Positions 30,209 through 40,816 of a DNA stretch of 64,000 nt are shown here, piece after piece; positions within the stretch are counted from its first letter, which is position 1, and each line of letters opens with the position of its first letter. The notes under the pieces are model-generated. The model searched no databases and was not told the DNA's origin. It worked only from the letters and a program-made list of their open reading frames with translations. A program made the translations under genes and the position numbers. The DNA is from Promethearchaeia archaeon (GTDB lineage Archaea; Asgardarchaeota; Lokiarchaeia; Sigyniarchaeales; SOKP01), in assembly GCA_029856125.1 (NCBI GenBank), contig JAHQWJ010000141.1:1-64000 (forward strand), written 5' to 3'.

Positions 30209-32818
30209 ATGACAGAAAAAGAAATGGGACTTTATAAGCTTGCAAAGTATACTAACCTAGAAATTGTCATGGAGGCACAAGTTCAATCTAGTGGCGCAAA
30301 CCAAGCTCGTGTTATGGAGAAATATAGGAAAAATAAGGGTTCCATTAAACAGCAAGCGTTTGCAATGAAAATAGTTCTTGCAGTGATGCTTTTAGTATTT
30401 GTAGCTGTTTTACCAATTAGTACTTATTTTCAGGTAAGAATCATGCTTAACAATCCATTTGTAATCCCAGATTCTGTATTGATTCCTGGAAGCATCCTAT
30501 TTGGAGCTTTTAATTTAATGCAATTAATTTACCTCATCATGCTCGGTATGTTCGCTATCGGCGCCATGATGTCTGGAGATACGTTTAGATGGTATGAAAC
30601 GCTTCCGATATCAAAGAAAAGGTTAAGAAAATTAGGTTTTATGACTGTTTTCCGTAACTTAGATGTAGGCCTTATTACGATGATTCTTGCTTTTCCGATA
30701 ATAATGTTCGCTGTCTCTCTTAATATATTGCTAGCTTTAGTCGCTCTGATGATTTCAGTTATTAATGTTATGTTTTCTTTTAGCATACTTGTTTTAATAG
30801 CGGGAAGGATTAGTCGCGTATTAAAAATTAGCGAAGCAGGTTCTAAGAAAGCTACTCTCATTCGAATTTTCACGATGTTAAGTTATATGGTAGTCATATT
30901 TTCTGCTTCATTTTTCGTGCAATGGATAATCACTTCAGTAGGAGCCTTTTTTGATATGACGGCATCTTCAGATATTCCCTTGATAGTTAATATAATTATG
31001 AGTTTAATCCCGTATCCTTTTTCGTCTGGTTATTTGATAACTATGTCAATGGAGCCGTCAAGCTTTAGTCCAATTTTATGGGTTTCAGCTTTATTTGGAG
31101 TTGGTCTTTTCATATTATTAACATTTTTTACTTATAAAAAGGCTTTGAAAGCTATGAGAACGGTAACTTCATCAGCGTCTCTTGAAGCAAAACAATCATT
31201 ATCATCAAATGAAACCTATGAAAAACCTATTGAGGTTCTAATCGAGCCCCGAACGCCTATTAAAGCCTATATCCGTAAAGATTTATCTATTGCTACAAGA
31301 GATATTCAAACTTTTATGTTTATCATAATGCCATTTGTTTTTCCGTTTATGGTGTTAATCCCGCTATTAATCAGCCCATCAGGGCTTATGGATTCATTTA
31401 CTGAAGATTTCGTTATGGTTTGGGCTATGGTAACTCTTTATCAACCTATGATTTCAATGATGCTGACTTCGGGATTTTTAAATATGGAAGATTCTGGCTC
31501 ATCGATTCTCTCGTCCTTACCAATACGTACTCGCAATCAAGCGAAAGCGAAATTATTATTATTAGGTTCAATTCAAACGTTATCATATTTTCTTCCTCTA
31601 TTGTTATTTATTCCGAATCCAGAATTCCTTAGTTATTTGTTTTCATTTATTTCTTATTATCCCGTTGTGGTAGTTCTGCTATTATCAATGTTTCAAATGA
31701 AACTTAGATTTTTTGGCAGAATGAAATATAAATTTGTTGTAGAAGAATTTAATCCAGAAAAAAAGGTAACAAAATGGATCATAATGGGCGTTGTTCAATA
31801 TCTAATTTACTTTGCTTTCAACTTCATGGGTAGCATTTTTTTGTTATTTTTTGGGCAGAGTATAATGTTTTTAGGAACATTTATTGGTGGAATCCTCGCT
31901 TTAGGTGTTTTATTACTTTCTTTCAATAGTATGTTTCCAAAAGTACTGGGAAAGAAACAAACTATAAGTATTAGAGAAATCTTTAGAAAGCACACTTTTC
32001 TTGGAACATTAAGTCTCTTAGCTTTAATGTTAGGGTTCTTACTCCTACCCGGGTTTGTTCAACTACCCTTACTATTCTTTCTCGATTCACTCCCTACTAT
32101 AGCTATATTGTTTATTGATTTCTTTGTTAATTTTGGATTGATGATGTTGCTATGGTTGGTAATTGTTCCAAGATTCTTAGGTCTCCCAAACGGAGAAGAA
32201 CATTTAAAAGGATACATAAAGACGATTGGAATAAAAAACGACGGAAAACTTATTCGTAATATATTACTCGGAATAGGTTGCTCTGTAATAGCTTTTATAT
32301 GCAGATTTGTTACGGCGAATATATTTGGAAATTATGTTTTCGACCTAGACACAATTTTTGGGACTCCTGGTTCGAGCGTTTTCTCTTATGGATGGTTCTT
32401 GTTTATACTTATGTTAATTCCAGGCATATGGGAGGAAGTCTCCTTCAGAGGTGTAATGATGACACTGAATATGAGAAAGCACTCTCGTACTACTGTGATT
32501 ATAGCTATATCTCTTCTATTTGGATTGTCCCACTATATTAATTTACGAGGAAGTTCTAATTTATTTGCTACTAATTTACAGGTGATTTGGGCAGCATTGT
32601 TTGGTTTTCTACTTGGATATTTGTTTATAAAAACAAAAAGTCTGATACCCTCAATTATATTACATTATCTTGTAAATACTGTAGGACAATTATTTGTACC
32701 CGTTTCATTTGATAGCGTGATTAACTTAAGTTTATTTGCAGTATTAGGTCTTGGAATACTTCCCGCAGTTTTCGGGATGATTTTAGTTAAATTAGTTGTA
32801 AAAGCAGAAACTAGGTAG
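30209..32818 (+). CDS. ABC permease fused to CPBP intramembrane protease (copy 2)
   Basis: Collinear with 26725..29367; WEEVSFRG, FGLSH, IILHYLVN. Confidence 0.85.
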   Translation: MTEKEMGLYKLAKYTNLEIVMEAQVQSSGANQARVMEKYRKNKGSIKQQAFAMKIVLAVMLLVFVAVLPISTYFQVRIMLNNPFVIPDSVLIPGSILFGAFNLMQLIYLIMLGMFAIGAMMSGDTFRWYETLPISKKRLRKLGFMTVFRNLDVGLITMILAFPIIMFAVSLNILLALVALMISVINVMFSFSILVLIAGRISRVLKISEAGSKKATLIRIFTMLSYMVVIFSASFFVQWIITSVGAFFDMTASSDIPLIVNIIMSLIPYPFSSGYLITMSMEPSSFSPILWVSALFGVGLFILLTFFTYKKALKAMRTVTSSASLEAKQSLSSNETYEKPIEVLIEPRTPIKAYIRKDLSIATRDIQTFMFIIMPFVFPFMVLIPLLISPSGLMDSFTEDFVMVWAMVTLYQPMISMMLTSGFLNMEDSGSSILSSLPIRTRNQAKAKLLLLGSIQTLSYFLPLLLFIPNPEFLSYLFSFISYYPVVVVLLLSMFQMKLRFFGRMKYKFVVEEFNPEKKVTKWIIMGVVQYLIYFAFNFMGSIFLLFFGQSIMFLGTFIGGILALGVLLLSFNSMFPKVLGKKQTISIREIFRKHTFLGTLSLLALMLGFLLLPGFVQLPLLFFLDSLPTIAILFIDFFVNFGLMMLLWLVIVPRFLGLPNGEEHLKGYIKTIGIKNDGKLIRNILLGIGCSVIAFICRFVTANIFGNYVFDLDTIFGTPGSSVFSYGWFLFILMLIPGIWEEVSFRGVMMTLNMRKHSRTTVIIAISLLFGLSHYINLRGSSNLFATNLQVIWAALFGFLLGYLFIKTKSLIPSIILHYLVNTVGQLFVPVSFDSVINLSLFAVLGLGILPAVFGMILVKLVVKAETR

Positions 32819-32835
32819 ATAATGTAAAAATAAAT

Positions 32836-34137
32836 CTATTCCTGTTTGTTGTCTATAAAAGTGCTAGTGATATAAGCAATACATAGTTTTAAAACTTCTT
32901 CGAGACTCCCACGTTCAATTTTATCAATTGTATCAGTAGGTTGGTGATAAAATTGAAGCATTTCTTTTAGATTCATTGCTGAAATATTGAGCGCTTTTAT
33001 TCCTGCTTTTGAAAATGCTGTAGCATCAGTACCACCGGTAATTTGGCCAAATATCTTATCAATCTTCCCCGATCCTCCTAGTGCAGACTCATTCACCTTG
33101 ATATTTGCGCTTTTTGCAGCTTCTGTTAATTTTCTAACCATAATTTCAGAATGCTTAGTTCTCGTAGAAGGCTCAAAATCTATGATAGAAATATTTTTTT
33201 TGCTCTGGATGGCGTCCATATTTACACACTCCGCGTCGTACTTCTTTAATTCGTTAAAATGACCAGAAACATATCTGAAAGCCCCTCTTAGACCGGCTTC
33301 TTCGCAACCAAAAGAAATTAATCGGATTTCAGTGTTTTTAGGGACGATGTTTTTATGTGTGCTCAAATATTTACCTATTGCTAATACGATTGCCACAGCA
33401 CTTAAATTGTCAACAGCACCCGGTACCGTGTTTGCTTTTTCTCCGAAGGATACGAAGAAAAACAAGCCTAAAAACGCAGGGACACCAATAACGAAAAGAG
33501 TGATGATATATATGATAAATAATTCGTAAAAAAATAAGTTAACCAGAATTAACAGAACTATTATTAGTGAGGTAACAAGCCATATCAGCATTATACTAAT
33601 GCCAAGTAAAATCACTATGGGGTAACCTAACTTTAGACGTGTTAATAAATTAAATTCGAGTGCACTGTCGTGATGCCCTGAAAAAATTAAAATCTTTTTA
33701 ACCTCTTCTTTTGGATATATTCTTCCTACAACATTTTGAGAGGTTTTCGATTTAAATAAAGGATCAATAAACTCGCGATAATTGAAAAATTCGTTCCATA
33801 AAATTAAAAACGAAATTAAATTTAATGAGAAAGAAAGAAATGTCATTAGATACCCCCAATAATTTGTAAGGTTAAGTGGTATCAGAAAAAACGCTAAAAA
33901 GGATGTAAGAACTAATAATATATCAATTTTAATATATCCTAAAAACGCTCGAGGGTTACACGAGAAAGGTTCTATTGCTACATCATCGCACGTTTTTTCT
34001 AATTCTTTTTTGATGATTTCAGCACTTTGAGCCTCTTGCGAGCTACATGGCATTCTGCCTGGCTCACATTCCTTGATTATCCTGTTGATTATTTCGTACA
34101 TATACTCTGAATTTTCTTTACTGATATTGAGTTCCAA
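32836..34137 (-). CDS. Membrane-embedded M28 family zinc peptidase
   Basis: GHHDS, GAVDNLSAVA, EEAGLRGA, NMD, TDA, YHQPTD, with inserted TM helices. Confidence 0.88.
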   Translation of the reverse strand: MELNISKENSEYMYEIINRIIKECEPGRMPCSSQEAQSAEIIKKELEKTCDDVAIEPFSCNPRAFLGYIKIDILLVLTSFLAFFLIPLNLTNYWGYLMTFLSFSLNLISFLILWNEFFNYREFIDPLFKSKTSQNVVGRIYPKEEVKKILIFSGHHDSALEFNLLTRLKLGYPIVILLGISIMLIWLVTSLIIVLLILVNLFFYELFIIYIITLFVIGVPAFLGLFFFVSFGEKANTVPGAVDNLSAVAIVLAIGKYLSTHKNIVPKNTEIRLISFGCEEAGLRGAFRYVSGHFNELKKYDAECVNMDAIQSKKNISIIDFEPSTRTKHSEIMVRKLTEAAKSANIKVNESALGGSGKIDKIFGQITGGTDATAFSKAGIKALNISAMNLKEMLQFYHQPTDTIDKIERGSLEEVLKLCIAYITSTFIDNKQE

Positions 34138-34313
34138 ATTAATTACCCCTTTGCGTTCTGAATTTTGAATTTAATTAAGTTTGAGTATTAAGTTATAAAT
34201 TATATATCAATATTGTCTTATAATCTTATAAAATAATTGATTTAGTGAGTTAAAAGTCATAATTTTTTTATTTTTTGAACTGTCCGTTTTTTTATGTTTT
34301 AATGGTGTAGTTA

Positions 34314-35039
34314 ATGAATTTATTTGAAAACGAACAATATGTGTGCAAAGTATGTGGTTTTAATATTATAGGACACTTTCCTGAACGATGTCCTTTCTGC
34401 GGTGCTTTAAACATAAATTTCATAACAGCAGAGAATTGTTCCGAAAATTATAAAGTTTTAGAAACGAAAGTAACTGATAATGTTTTACAGCTGAATTCTA
34501 CACCACCGTTAGGCTTAGAACACGCAGCCTATAGTATAAAAATAGATAATCAAACCATCTGGATAGATTGTCCATCTACTTTTGATAGTTCTTTAGAAAA
34601 AATGGATAAAATCATATTTACGCATCACCACTTTCTTGGAGCGTCAAATCTATATCGAAGCTATAATACAGCTTTTGTTTGGATTCACATTGAGGATTCA
34701 AAACATATCATGTCTCAAAAACACCCATTTGATAAGAAATTTGACACAGATTTTCAGTTATCAGGAATTAAGGCTTTTTATATCGACGGTCATACCCCCG
34801 GATTTACTTTATATACCTATGAGGATATAGTTTTCGTTTGTGATTATGTATCTATATCGGATGGGAAAATGAAATTCAATCCCTATGGTCCACAGGGAAA
34901 AACGATTGAAGGGGGAAAAATAATTAATAAATTACTTGAAAATCAACATTACCAAAAAGTGTGTGGTTTCGATTATGTAGTAGGTTTTTCAGAATGGATG
35001 AGTCTGTTTGACGACCTTCTTAAATCTTCAACCAACTAA
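34314..35039 (+). CDS. Rubredoxin-like domain + metallo-beta-lactamase-fold protein
   Basis: YVCKVCG...CPFCGA; FTHHHFLGA, GHTPG. Confidence 0.78.
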   Translation: MNLFENEQYVCKVCGFNIIGHFPERCPFCGALNINFITAENCSENYKVLETKVTDNVLQLNSTPPLGLEHAAYSIKIDNQTIWIDCPSTFDSSLEKMDKIIFTHHHFLGASNLYRSYNTAFVWIHIEDSKHIMSQKHPFDKKFDTDFQLSGIKAFYIDGHTPGFTLYTYEDIVFVCDYVSISDGKMKFNPYGPQGKTIEGGKIINKLLENQHYQKVCGFDYVVGFSEWMSLFDDLLKSSTN

Positions 35040-35061
35040 TTATATTGACGTTTAAGGATGT

Positions 35062-35286
35062 TTAATCAGAATTTACATGGTTCTTGGGTTTGAGTTCAAG
35101 TGCATTGGTAGGACAGATATCGATGCATAATCCACAACGTGTACATTTATCGTTTGGATCAATGAAATTCAATTTGCGTTTTTCGCCTATAGGAGTAGGA
35201 GGAGAAAAAAATAGGTTTTCAGGACACACTTCTACGCAATCTCTACATTTAATACATAAAATATTATCAACAATTATTATTTTCAA
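35062..35286 (-). CDS. 2[4Fe-4S] ferredoxin
   Basis: CIKCRDCVEVCP and CTRCGLCIDICP. Confidence 0.88.
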   Translation of the reverse strand: MKIIIVDNILCIKCRDCVEVCPENLFFSPPTPIGEKRKLNFIDPNDKCTRCGLCIDICPTNALELKPKNHVNSD

Positions 35287-35523
35287 AGAAATTCACTATA
35301 ATTCGTTTATTGCTTATCTATTCACTACTTTAAAATTAAAATTAAGTAAAATTAAGTTCAATTTTATTCCTACTACATATAAATTTTTTCTAAATGTTTA
35401 AGTTTTTTAATAAGAATTTTTTTAGTATTTTTAGAAAGAAATTGAATATGTCACATGTAATTAAATTAGAATTTAGTTTAATAACTAATTGATATAGCAT
35501 TACAAAATGGCTTTATACAGATA

Positions 35524-36375
35524 ATGGAAAGCTCAAGATTAAAACAATTTGATATTTCTTGCCCAAAATGTGGAATTGAGAAAGAAATATCTGTTCCGGA
35601 TTCATTGTTTCTCCAAAAAAAGTTTGGAACTGTCAAGATTAAAGTACCTCGGGGTGCGGTGTGTAAAGAACACAATTTTATAGTTTTTATCTCTACTAAA
35701 GGTCAAGTAATTGGATATGATGTAATAGACGCTTCTGTGTCTCTAGACCAGAAAGAAGAACAGTTTGGAGATTTAATTGATCTGACTTTGGATGAACTTA
35801 TAGATGCATTCGGATTTAATTGTGTCGCTGGTTTTATACATGCTAAATTATTCGATTACCCGTCTTCTATTATAAGAAGCGAAGAATTTTTCCTTGACAT
35901 CGGGCAATTAAACGAATTGTTTGATGATCTAATTCCTCCGAAATATCAAACTACAAAAGCCATAAAGGACGAAGAATTTGACTCTTATGTGTTTCCTAAT
36001 CCTAATTATTATTATTCAACTATTAAAAAAGCACACGCCGACGCATTTTTAATTAATAATCGAAAATTAGTCATTCAAGTACCTTGGCGGGTAGAAATTG
36101 ATTTTGAGAAGTCAATTTTAAGCAATGCACTAAGTAAAAAGGATAAAAGTGAGCAATTACAATGCTTGGCTCAATATATCAATCAATTTATTAGCGATGT
36201 AGAATTTACACAAAACCTTCTGGAAAATGTTAGGAGTATTAGTGAAAAGGAATTAATTAAGAAGCTTAAAGAGAACCTGAAAGTATCTACGATTAATAAA
36301 AATAGAATCCTATCGATAAAAGAATTCATAACCAGAAGGATTTCAAAGGAAGTAGCTAGAAGGATTAAAAATTAA
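35524..36375 (+). CDS. Hypothetical protein with N-terminal zinc ribbon
   Basis: CPKC...VCKEH; helical C-terminus. Confidence 0.75.
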   Translation: MESSRLKQFDISCPKCGIEKEISVPDSLFLQKKFGTVKIKVPRGAVCKEHNFIVFISTKGQVIGYDVIDASVSLDQKEEQFGDLIDLTLDELIDAFGFNCVAGFIHAKLFDYPSSIIRSEEFFLDIGQLNELFDDLIPPKYQTTKAIKDEEFDSYVFPNPNYYYSTIKKAHADAFLINNRKLVIQVPWRVEIDFEKSILSNALSKKDKSEQLQCLAQYINQFISDVEFTQNLLENVRSISEKELIKKLKENLKVSTINKNRILSIKEFITRRISKEVARRIKN

Positions 36376-36538
36376 CAAAATTCACCGCTAAGAGGAAATT
36401 TAGAATCTGAAGGTCTGAAATACTATTTTTATGATTTTACCCTAGATTAAGTAAAATACAAAAAAGATAATGAATTAATTATTTCAATAATTAAACAATA
36501 CTACATATTTATTAATAATTATTAGAAGTGAAGAATAT

Positions 36539-37321
36539 ATGGATTGGGGAATGCAAAATCGATTAGCAAGAATAATCAAACCTAAGTCTGGACGATGTGT
36601 GATGCTTGCTGTCGATCATGGATACTTTGGTAATATTCCGGGGTCTCTTAAGTGTTTTGGAGATTTGAACCCTTTATTTCAATACGCTGACGCTTTAATG
36701 TTAACCAGAGGGATGCTAAGAAGTTGTGTTTCTGCCGACGTCGATGTTCCAATAGTTCTAAGAGTATCAGCAGGAGCTAGTATGCTAAAGGAGCTATCGA
36801 ACGAAGAAATTAATGTTACGATTGAAGATGCAATAAGGTTAAATGTTTCAGCGATTACGTGCTCAATTTTCGTTGGAGGCGAGTTTGAAAAACAGAGTTT
36901 AATGAATTTGTCTAAATTAGTTAATTGGGGGCAAGAATATGGCATCCCAGCATTAGCAGTCACTGCTGTTGGTAGGGAAATGGTAAGAGATTACAGATAT
37001 TTAGGTATGGCAAGTAGAATGGCTGCCGAGTTAGGAGCTACTTTTGTAAAGACATATTATTGTGATGATTTTGAAAATGTTACGAGCATTTGTCCCGTAC
37101 CAGTTGTTATTGCTGGTGGGAAAAAATTACCTGAAAAAGATGCCTTACAAATGGCTAAAAACGCCATCAATGCGGGAGCCGTAGGGGTTGACATGGGAAG
37201 GAATATTTTTCAATCAGATAAACCTATTGGAATGATTAAAGCAGTGAGAGCTATAGTCCACGAGAACGCCTCTGTAGATGAGGCTTATGGCATTTATCAA
37301 GATGGCCCAATAGGGTTATAA
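36539..37321 (+). CDS. lsrF: LsrF-type class I aldolase/thiolase
   Basis: MDWGMQNRL, MLAVDHGY, AELGATFVKTYY, VVIAGGKK, GVDMGRNIFQ. Confidence 0.88.
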   Translation: MDWGMQNRLARIIKPKSGRCVMLAVDHGYFGNIPGSLKCFGDLNPLFQYADALMLTRGMLRSCVSADVDVPIVLRVSAGASMLKELSNEEINVTIEDAIRLNVSAITCSIFVGGEFEKQSLMNLSKLVNWGQEYGIPALAVTAVGREMVRDYRYLGMASRMAAELGATFVKTYYCDDFENVTSICPVPVVIAGGKKLPEKDALQMAKNAINAGAVGVDMGRNIFQSDKPIGMIKAVRAIVHENASVDEAYGIYQDGPIGL

Positions 37322-37369
37322 TTTTTTAGATATTAGGTTTAATTAGACTATATACTTTTTTTTTATTCA

Positions 37370-38329
37370 ATGACGACTTCAAAAATAGATAATTTAGAGA
37401 TTAGGAAGTTAACAGAAGATATATTACTTGTTCATCAGAAAAAACCCCCGTTTTATTTCTCTTGTAGTGACGGTATTATTATTTTGCCGAAAAAAAGGAG
37501 AAATGATAGTTCTATTGTATTAGATTTAAATGTGGAGCCTCTTCTTATAGATAAATTGGACGAGATTTACGGCCCTTTTACGAACTATATATGCTCACAT
37601 GGACATATGGATCATATAGCACATGTCCATCAGTGGGAGACGCTTGGAGCTAAAATTCACGCTCCTTTTCCGGAGCACAAATATTTATTAGAGCTTAATA
37701 ATTTTTATAGGGGATTTGGTTTCATTGATGCGATGGATTTTTCGGTTGTTAAGGAATTTGCCGAAAAAAATGGTTATAGAAAATGCCAAAATGTATCTTC
37801 TTTCAAACCAGGTCATACCTTTGAATTTGAAGACCTTATAATTGAAACGATTCCGTTATTAAGTCATTCCAAAGCTCATGTAGGCTTTTTGATTCCTGAA
37901 GAAAGATTATTTCACATAAGCTGCTTAGGATTTGATAAAAAGAGCCCTGAAAAAGATGGATTTGGTCCTTGGTACGGATTTAAAGAGTGTTCAATTGAAC
38001 AATATCTAATAGATATTACGCAAGCGGAGTTAATTTTCCTAGAGCGGGCTAATTTCTTAACATCTAGTCACTCTTATGTTGTAAAAAACCACGATAAAGG
38101 TCCCTTTATTTACATGAGAGAAAAAATCGCGAAAAATCAAGAACTTGTTGATAAAGCAATCAAGTCTCATACCTTAATAAATAAATCTATTGATACGATA
38201 AACTATTTACTTAATCTAGACATTTTCTTTCCAAAAAGGAAAATGGAGGGTTTTTTATCAGAAATTTATAATTTTTGGGAATCTGGAATTATTCGTAAGC
38301 ATGTCGAACGAAGTGAATATCTTAATTAA
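37370..38329 (+). CDS. Metallo-beta-lactamase-fold hydrolase
   Basis: SHGHMDH, SHSKAH, SSH. Confidence 0.82.
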   Translation: MTTSKIDNLEIRKLTEDILLVHQKKPPFYFSCSDGIIILPKKRRNDSSIVLDLNVEPLLIDKLDEIYGPFTNYICSHGHMDHIAHVHQWETLGAKIHAPFPEHKYLLELNNFYRGFGFIDAMDFSVVKEFAEKNGYRKCQNVSSFKPGHTFEFEDLIIETIPLLSHSKAHVGFLIPEERLFHISCLGFDKKSPEKDGFGPWYGFKECSIEQYLIDITQAELIFLERANFLTSSHSYVVKNHDKGPFIYMREKIAKNQELVDKAIKSHTLINKSIDTINYLLNLDIFFPKRKMEGFLSEIYNFWESGIIRKHVERSEYLN

Positions 38330-38344
38330 TGATTCGGTTAGGAG

Positions 38345-39391
38345 TTACTTATCAGGTTCAATTACAACCTTAAGGGACTCAGCAGCCTCATTAACAATTC
38401 TGAATGCTTCTCCTACTTGATCCATAGGAAATCGATGAGTAATTAACTCTGTTACATTAATTTTTTTTGACAATATCCATACATATGATTCTTGGAGATC
38501 TTCAGGTGCAGCGCCATATGAAGTTGTAATTGTTATTTCATTCCTCCAATAATCGTTTATAGGAACTTCTAAATTGACACCAGGTCCTGGGACTGCAAAG
38601 AATATCACAGTGCCTCCCGGTGCTACACAATTTAAAGCCTGTTTCGCTGCCGATAAAGCCCCAGTGCATACAATAACTATGTCAGCTAATTTATTATCAT
38701 TAGTTTCTAGAAGTTTCGAAGGAATATCCTCGTTTGCATGAAAAATTTCATCCGCTCCAAAATCTTGGATTTTTCTCAATCTATAATCGTTTATGTCGGT
38801 TGCAAAGACTTTTTTTGCCCCTCTAAGTTTTGCCAATTGAGCGTGTAAGATTCCAGATACTCCACTTCCTAATATTAAGACTGCTAACCCTTTTCCTACA
38901 TTTGCTAATCTTTGTGCTCTACAAACACAACCAAATGGTTCAATAAGTACTCCACCTTCATAGGAAACGGACTTATCTAACACAAAAACGCCCTTTTTTT
39001 CAATGTTTACTTTAGGTATTCTAATGTATTCGGCAAAACCTCCAGGATCAAAATTAGTGTTATGGAGGAGATCACATGCTGTGTGATGTCCTTGGTTACA
39101 GTAATAGCAATCGAAACATGGTACGTGATGGGAAACGAAAACTCTATCTCCAATTTTATAACCCTTAATACCGTCCCCCACTTCAACTATATCACCGGCG
39201 ATTTCATGTCCAAGAATTAAATTATCTACCCCAAGTTTCTTCATTTTAGCAAATCTATAATACTCTAAGACATCTGATCCACAAATTCCAGATTTTTTAA
39301 CCTTCACCAATAATTCTCCCGGACCAATCGTTGGTTTAGGTATTTCATCAATTCTGACATCGTTATTGTTATAATATCGTGCAACCTTCAT
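38345..39391 (-). CDS. Zinc-dependent (MDR) alcohol/polyol dehydrogenase
   Basis: GICGSD, GHE, CFDCYYC...C, GSGVSG. Confidence 0.92.
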   Translation of the reverse strand: MKVARYYNNNDVRIDEIPKPTIGPGELLVKVKKSGICGSDVLEYYRFAKMKKLGVDNLILGHEIAGDIVEVGDGIKGYKIGDRVFVSHHVPCFDCYYCNQGHHTACDLLHNTNFDPGGFAEYIRIPKVNIEKKGVFVLDKSVSYEGGVLIEPFGCVCRAQRLANVGKGLAVLILGSGVSGILHAQLAKLRGAKKVFATDINDYRLRKIQDFGADEIFHANEDIPSKLLETNDNKLADIVIVCTGALSAAKQALNCVAPGGTVIFFAVPGPGVNLEVPINDYWRNEITITTSYGAAPEDLQESYVWILSKKINVTELITHRFPMDQVGEAFRIVNEAAESLKVVIEPDK

Positions 39392-39527
39392 GATTGAGTT
39401 TAATTTTACCTGTGTTTTATTTTAATGTTAATATGTTATGTTTTAATATAATTCTTTATCAAAAATTAATATTTTTTATATTTTAATAACGATATTTTAA
39501 ATTAGTTATCTATTATTATGTGAATCG

Positions 39528-39926
39528 ATGGTAATTTACATGGAAATGAAAGACATCATTACTTTTTGCCAAAATTGGTTAACATCATGGACAGGAAATA
39601 ATCCAGAAAAACTCATTTCTTTCTACTCAAAAACGGCATTTTATCAAGATCCTGCATATCCTAAAGGATTAAAGGGATATGATAATATATTTCCCTATTT
39701 TAAAAAATTGTTGGCTGCTAATCCAAAATGGATATGGCAAATGATTGAGGCTTATCCTACTGGAAAAGGTTTCATTATAAAGTGGAAAGCGATGATACCA
39801 GTTAAATCTGAAGAGATAATAGAATATGGAATGGACATATTAGAACTTGAAGGTGACTTAATTATCCGAAATGAAGTCTACTTTGATCGAACAGAGCTAT
39901 TATCTTTATTAAAATCAAAAAAATAG
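39528..39926 (+). CDS. SnoaL/NTF2-like protein
   Basis: W..SW....EKL..FY...A.YQDP; GMDILE; NEVYFD. Confidence 0.8.
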   Translation: MVIYMEMKDIITFCQNWLTSWTGNNPEKLISFYSKTAFYQDPAYPKGLKGYDNIFPYFKKLLAANPKWIWQMIEAYPTGKGFIIKWKAMIPVKSEEIIEYGMDILELEGDLIIRNEVYFDRTELLSLLKSKK

Positions 39927-39956
39927 TTTTTAAATAATATTTAATTTCAGTAGATT

Positions 39957-40421
39957 ATGGTTGAAGTAAAAAAAGAGTTGTTAGCTCCTTGTGGTTTATG
40001 GTGTGGGGTGTGTTCGATATATATTGCCCATAAAAATAACAATTTAAAGTTTAAAGAGAAGTTATTACCAGTTTATAAAGCTTTTGCGAAAAATGTAGAC
40101 GATATATCTTGCACAGGTTGTCTATCCGAGGGTACTGTTTTTCCAGTTTGTAGATCGTGCCCGGTTAAGAAGTGTTGCAAAGAAAAGAATATTGATGGTT
40201 GTTACCAATGCGAAGAATTTCCGTGTAAGTTCATTGATAACTTTCCCATACCTGTTGGAAAAAAAGTCATTCTTCGAGCAATTCCATTTTGGCGCGAACA
40301 CGGAACGGAGAAGTATGTTGAAGCAGAAATGAATAGATATCACTGCCCAGAATGTGGAAATCAACTATTTCGTGGGGCAAAAAGGTGCAACAAATGCAAA
40401 GTGCCTGTTAACGTAGATTAA
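39957..40421 (+). CDS. DUF3795-type cysteine-rich protein with C-terminal zinc ribbon
   Basis: APCGLWCGVC, CTGC, CPVKKCC, CYQCEEFPC, CPECG...CNKC. Confidence 0.82.
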   Translation: MVEVKKELLAPCGLWCGVCSIYIAHKNNNLKFKEKLLPVYKAFAKNVDDISCTGCLSEGTVFPVCRSCPVKKCCKEKNIDGCYQCEEFPCKFIDNFPIPVGKKVILRAIPFWREHGTEKYVEAEMNRYHCPECGNQLFRGAKRCNKCKVPVNVD

Positions 40422-40445
40422 AAGAGATTTTAAAATAAAAAAAAA

Positions 40446-40658
40446 TTATGACCTGTTTTTTAGATTGCTTCTAACAAGCATTCTAAAAGTTTCTTCATCT
40501 AAATTTTCGAACATTTTAAGTTCATCTCCCAAGAATTGGCCCAGTGCGGTTCTTATAGCCTCGCTTCGACTCGGGTATACACCTAAATCATTTAGAGTTT
40601 GAATTGCTTCTAGATATTTTTCAGGTAGGTTTATTGTTATAATTTTCATCTTTCTCAA
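40446..40658 (-). CDS. Ribbon-helix-helix (CopG/NikR-like) regulator
   Basis: KIITINLPEKYL...L...GVYPSRSEAIRTA. Confidence 0.88.
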   Translation of the reverse strand: MRKMKIITINLPEKYLEAIQTLNDLGVYPSRSEAIRTALGQFLGDELKMFENLDEETFRMLVRSNLKNRS

Positions 40659-40816
40659 CCCTTTGTTTAAAAATCATAGCTTTTAACGTTTAACTATTAT
40701 TCTTATTTCGTCGGATCACTTATAAATAAAGAGTATTAATGCTTTGATGGTATTAACGGCTTAATTGATGACGAATAAATAATATTATTCCTTTAATATG
40801 TGGGAAAAAAATAAGA

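Noticed and set aside
36539-37321. AI-2 quorum-sensing (lsr) locus
   Set aside because: Only lsrF is present; no lsrK, lsrR, lsrG or transporter.
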